Shown: in pieces, positions 59,901-64,000 of the stretch
Layout: the number at the start of each line of letters is the position of its first letter
Position numbering within the stretch: the first letter of the stretch is position 1
Source: Tubulanus polymorphus
Lineage: Eukaryota > Animalia > Nemertea
DNA length: 64,000 bases
Reading direction: 5' to 3'
Assembly: GCF_964204645.1 (NCBI RefSeq)
Contig: NC_134025.1
Coordinates: 15,659,001-15,723,000 of the forward strand
Translations under genes and position numbers: made by a program
The notes under the pieces: generated by a model
The model's database searches: none
What the model was told of the DNA's origin: nothing
What the model saw: only the letters and a program-made list of their open reading frames with translations

Positions 59901-62900
59901 CATCGACATTGTCGTTTTTCCGATAGGGGGAATATTTGACACGAAAACGTCTTTTCTCGCGCTGAACGATGTTTTCGCGTCGAAAAGTGCTATTCCTGAC
60001 GATTTGAGCGCTTTTACGCATCGACATTTTCGTTTTTCCGATAGGGGGAATATTTGATACGAAAACGTCTTTTCTAGCACTAAACGACGTTTTCGGGTCG
60101 AAACGTGGGCCCTTTTACGCATCGGCATTTTCGTTTTTCCGATAGAGGAAATATTTGATACGAAAACATCTTTTCTCGCGCTGAACGACGTTTTCGCGTC
60201 GAAAAGTGCTTTTCTTGACGATTTGAGCGCTTTTACGCATCGACATTGTCGTTTTTCCGATAGGGGGAATATTTGATACGAAAACGTCTTTTCTCGCGCT
60301 GAACGACGTTTTCGCGTCGAAAAGTGCTTTTCCTGACGATTTGAGCGCTTTTACGCATCGACATTGTCATTTTTCCGATAGGGGGAATATTTGATACGAA
60401 AACGTCTTTTCTCGCGCTCAATGACGTTTTCGCGTCGAAAAGTGCTTTTCCTGACGATTTGAGCGCTTTTACGGATCGACATTGTCGTTTTTCCGATAAG
60501 GGGAATATTCGATACGAAAACGTCTTTTTTTGCTCGCGCTGAACGAGGTTTTCGGGTCGAAAAGTGCTTTTCCGAAAGATTTGAGCCCTTTTACGCATCG
60601 ACATTTTCGTTTTTCCGATAGAGGGAATATTTGACACGAAAACGACTTTTCTCGCGCTGAACGACGTTTTCGCGTCGAAAAGTGCTTTTCCTGACGATGT
60701 GAGCGCTTTTACGCATCGACATCGTCGTTTTTCCGATAGGTTGAATATTTGATACGAAAAACGTCTTTACTCGCGCAGAACGACGTTTTCGCGTCGAAAA
60801 GTGCTTTTCCTGACGATTTGAGTGCTTTTACGCATCGAAATTTTCGTTTTTCCGATAGAGGGAATATTTGATACGAAAACGACTTTTCTCGCGCTGAACG
60901 AGGTTTTCGCGTCGAAAAGTGCTTTTCCGAAAGATTTGAGCCCTTCTACGCATCGACATTTTCCTTTTTTCCGATAGGGGGAATATTTGATACGAAAACG
61001 TCTTTTCTCGCGCTGAACGACGTTTTCGAGTCGAAAAGTGCTTTTCCTGACGATTTGAGCGCTTTTACGCATCTACATTGTCGTTTTTCCGATAGGGGGA
61101 ATATTTGATACGAAAACGTCTTTTCTCGCGCTGAACGACGTTTTCGCGTCGAAAAGTGCTTTTCCTGACGATTTGAGCGCTTTTACGCATCGACATTTTC
61201 GTTTTTCCGTTAGAGGGAATATTTGATACGAAAACGTCTTTTCTCGCGCTGAACGACGTTTTCGCGTCGAAAAGTGCTTTTCCTGACGATTTGAGCGCTT
61301 TTACGCATCGACATTGTCGTTTTTCCGATAGGGGGAATATTTGATACGAAAACGTCTTTTCTCGCGCTGAACGACGTTTTCGCGTCGAAAAGTGCTTTTC
61401 CTGACGATTTGAGCGCTTTTACGCATCGACATTGTCGTTTTTCCGATAGGGGGAATATTTGATACGAAAACGTCTTTTCTCGCGCTGAACGACGTTTTCG
61501 CGTCGAAAAGTGCTTTTCCTGACGATTTGAGCGCTTTTACGCATCGACATTGTCATTTTTCCGATAGGGGGAATATTTGATACGAAAACGTCTTTTCTCG
61601 CGCTCAATGACGTTTTCGCGTCGAAAAGTGCTTTTCCTGACGATTTGAGCGCTTTTACGGATCGACATTGTCGTTTTTCCGATAAGGGGAATATTCGATA
61701 CGAAAACGTCTTTTTTTGCTCGCGCTGAACGAGGTTTTCGGGTCGAAAAGTGCTTTTCCGAAAGATTTGAGCCCTTTTACGCATCGACATTTTCGTTTTT
61801 CCGATAGAGGGAATATTTGACACGAAAACGACTTTTCTCGCGCTGAACGACGTTTTCGCGTCGAAAAGTGCTTTTCCTGACGATGTGAGCGCTTTTACGC
61901 ATCGACATCGTCGTTTTTCCGATAGGTTGAATATTTGATACGAAAAACGTCTTTACTCGCGCAGAACGACGTTTTCGCGTCGAAAAGTGCTTTTCCTGAC
62001 GATTTGAGTGCTTTTACGCATCGAAATTTTCGTTTTTCCGATAGAGGGAATATTTGATACGAAAACGACTTTTCTCGCGCTGAACGAGGTTTTCGCGTCG
62101 AAAAGTGCTTTTCCGAAAGATTTGAGCCCTTCTACGCATCGACATTTTCCTTTTTTCCGATAGGGGGAATATTTGATACGAAAACGTCTTTTCTCGCGCT
62201 GAACGACGTTTTCGAGTCGAAAAGTGCTTTTCCTGACGATTTGAGCGCTTTTACGCATCTACATTGTCGTTTTTCCGATAGGGGGAATATTTGATACGAA
62301 AACGTCTTTTCTCGCGCTGAACGACGTTTTCGCGTCGAAAAGTGCTTTTCCTGACGATTTGAGCGCTTTTACGCATCGACATTTTCGTTTTTCCGTTAGA
62401 GGGAATATTTGATACGAAAACGTCTTTTCTCGCGCTGAACGACGTTTTCGCGTCGAAAAGTGCTTTTCCTGACGATTTGAGCGCTTTTACGCATCGACAT
62501 TGTCGTTTTTCCGATAGGGGGAATATTTGATACGAAAACGTCTTTTCTCGCGCTGAACGACGTTTTCGCGTCGAAAAGTGCTTTTCCTGACGATTTGAGC
62601 GCTTTTACGCATCGACATTGTCGTTTTTCCGATAGGGGGAATATTTGATACGAAAACGTCTTTTCTCGCGCTCAACGACGTTTTCCCTTCGAAAAGTGCT
62701 TTTCCTGACGATTTGAGCGCTTTTTACGCATCGACATTGTCGTTTTTCCGATAGGGGGAATATTCGATACGAAAACATCTTTTCTCGCGCTGAACGAGGT
62801 TTTCGGGTCGAAAAGTGCTTTTCCGAAAGATTTGAGCCCTTTTACGCATCGACATTTTCGTTTTTCCGATAGAGGGAATATTTGATACGAAAACGACTTT

Positions 62901-64000
62901 TCTCCCGCTGAACGACGTTTTCGCGTCGAAAAGTGCTTTTCCTGACGATTCGAGTGCTTTTACGCATCGACATCGTCGTTTTTCCGATAGGTTGAATATT
63001 TGATACGAAAAACGTCTTTACTCGCGCAGAACGACGTTTTCGCGTCGAAAAGTGCTTTTCCTGACGATTTGAGCGCTTTTACGCATCGACATTTTCGTTT
63101 TTCCGATAGAGGGAATATTTGATACGAAAACGTCTTTTCTCGCGCTGAACGACGTTTTCGCGTCGAAAAGTGCTTTTCCTGACGATTTGAGCGCTTTTAC
63201 GCATCGACATTGTCGTTTTTCCGATAGGGGGAATATTTGATACGAAAACGTCTTTTCTCGCGCTGAACGACGTTTTCGCGTCGAAAAGTGCTTTTCCTGA
63301 CGATTTGAGCGCTTTTACGTATCGACATTGTCGTTTTTCCGATAGGGGGAATATTTGATACGAAAACGTCTTTTCTCGCGCTGAACGACGTTTTCGCGTC
63401 GAAAAGTGCTTTTCCTGACGATTTGAGCGCTTTTTACGCATCGACATTTTCGTTTTTCCGATAGGGGGAATATTTGATACGAAAACGTCTTTTCTCGCGC
63501 TGAACGAGGTTTTCGGGTCGAAAAGTGCTTTTCCGAAAGATTTGAGCCCTTTTACGCATCGACATTTTCGTTTTTCCGATAGAGGGAATATTTGATACGA
63601 AAACGACTTTTCTCCCGCTGAACGACGTTTTCGCGTCGAAAAGTGCTTTTCCTGACGATTCGAGTGCTTTTACGCATCGACATCGTCGTTTTTCCGATAG
63701 GTAGAATATCTGATACGAAAAACGTCTTTACTCGCGCAGAACGACGTTTTCGCGTCGAAAAGTGCTTTTCCTGACGATTTGAGCGCTTTTACGCATCGAC
63801 ATTTTCGTTTTTCCGATAGAGGGAATATTTGATACGAAAACGTCTTTTCTCGCGCTGAACGACGTTTTCGCGTCGAAAAGTGCTTTTCCTGACGATTTGA
63901 GCGCTTTTACGCATCGACATTGTCGTTTTTCCGATACAGGGAATATTTGATACGAAAACGTCTTTTCTCGCGCTGAACGACGTTTTCGCGTCGAAAAGTG

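Larger units (their letters stand above)
42466..64000. repeat. 118-bp CpG-rich satellite array with variant monomers and higher-order repeats (interrupted at 44059-51189)
   Basis: Monomer ACGCATCGACATTGTCGTTTTTCCGATAGGGGGAATATTTGATACGAAAACGTCTTTTCTCGCGCTGAACGACGTTTTCGCGTCGAAAAGTGCTTTTCCTGACGATTTGAGCGCTTTT; ORF-track offsets of 118 bp; continues to the window end. Confidence 0.97.

Noticed and set aside
42397-63447. Dozens of K/R-rich ORFs (MRKSAQIVRKSTFRRENVV...)
   Set aside because: Translations of the 118-bp satellite; the monomer is not a multiple of 3 and frames break at random.

Overview
Repeat-dense animal (probably invertebrate) genomic DNA with no recognisable host gene; nearly everything is nested mobile DNA. 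(1) A 26.9-kb TIR DNA transposon (6513-33412, TACGG termini, 6-bp TSD CTTTCA, IS3/IS481-like integrase pseudogene; IS3EU-type). Inside it, a palindromic MITE (8-bp TSD ACTACAAT) is split by a full-length but pseudogenised 18.3-kb Polinton/Maverick-like endogenous virus (7370-25683, TSD GGGGTG; pPolB, penton, MCP, packaging ATPase, integrase, HNH nuclease, several membrane proteins, no evident protease). (2) A decayed LINE with a (CTGAA)n tail and an internally deleted Ty3/Gypsy element (34.2-41.6 kb). (3) A CpG-rich 118-bp satellite from 42.5 kb to the window end, interrupted by a 7.1-kb tyrosine-recombinase (DIRS/PAT/Ngaro-like) retrotransposon. Most notable: both Polinton ends are long fold-back hairpins and many of its genes carry poxvirus-late-promoter-like T-run/TAAATG starts, suggesting a virophage-like parasite of a cytoplasmic DNA virus; the YR element appears to splice one leader exon in phase 0 onto each of gag, RT and YR, and has a loxP-like 13-8-13 junction; the Gypsy leader holds an array of seven tRNA T-arm/B-box hairpins. 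All family assignments come from motif recognition by eye, not database searches.
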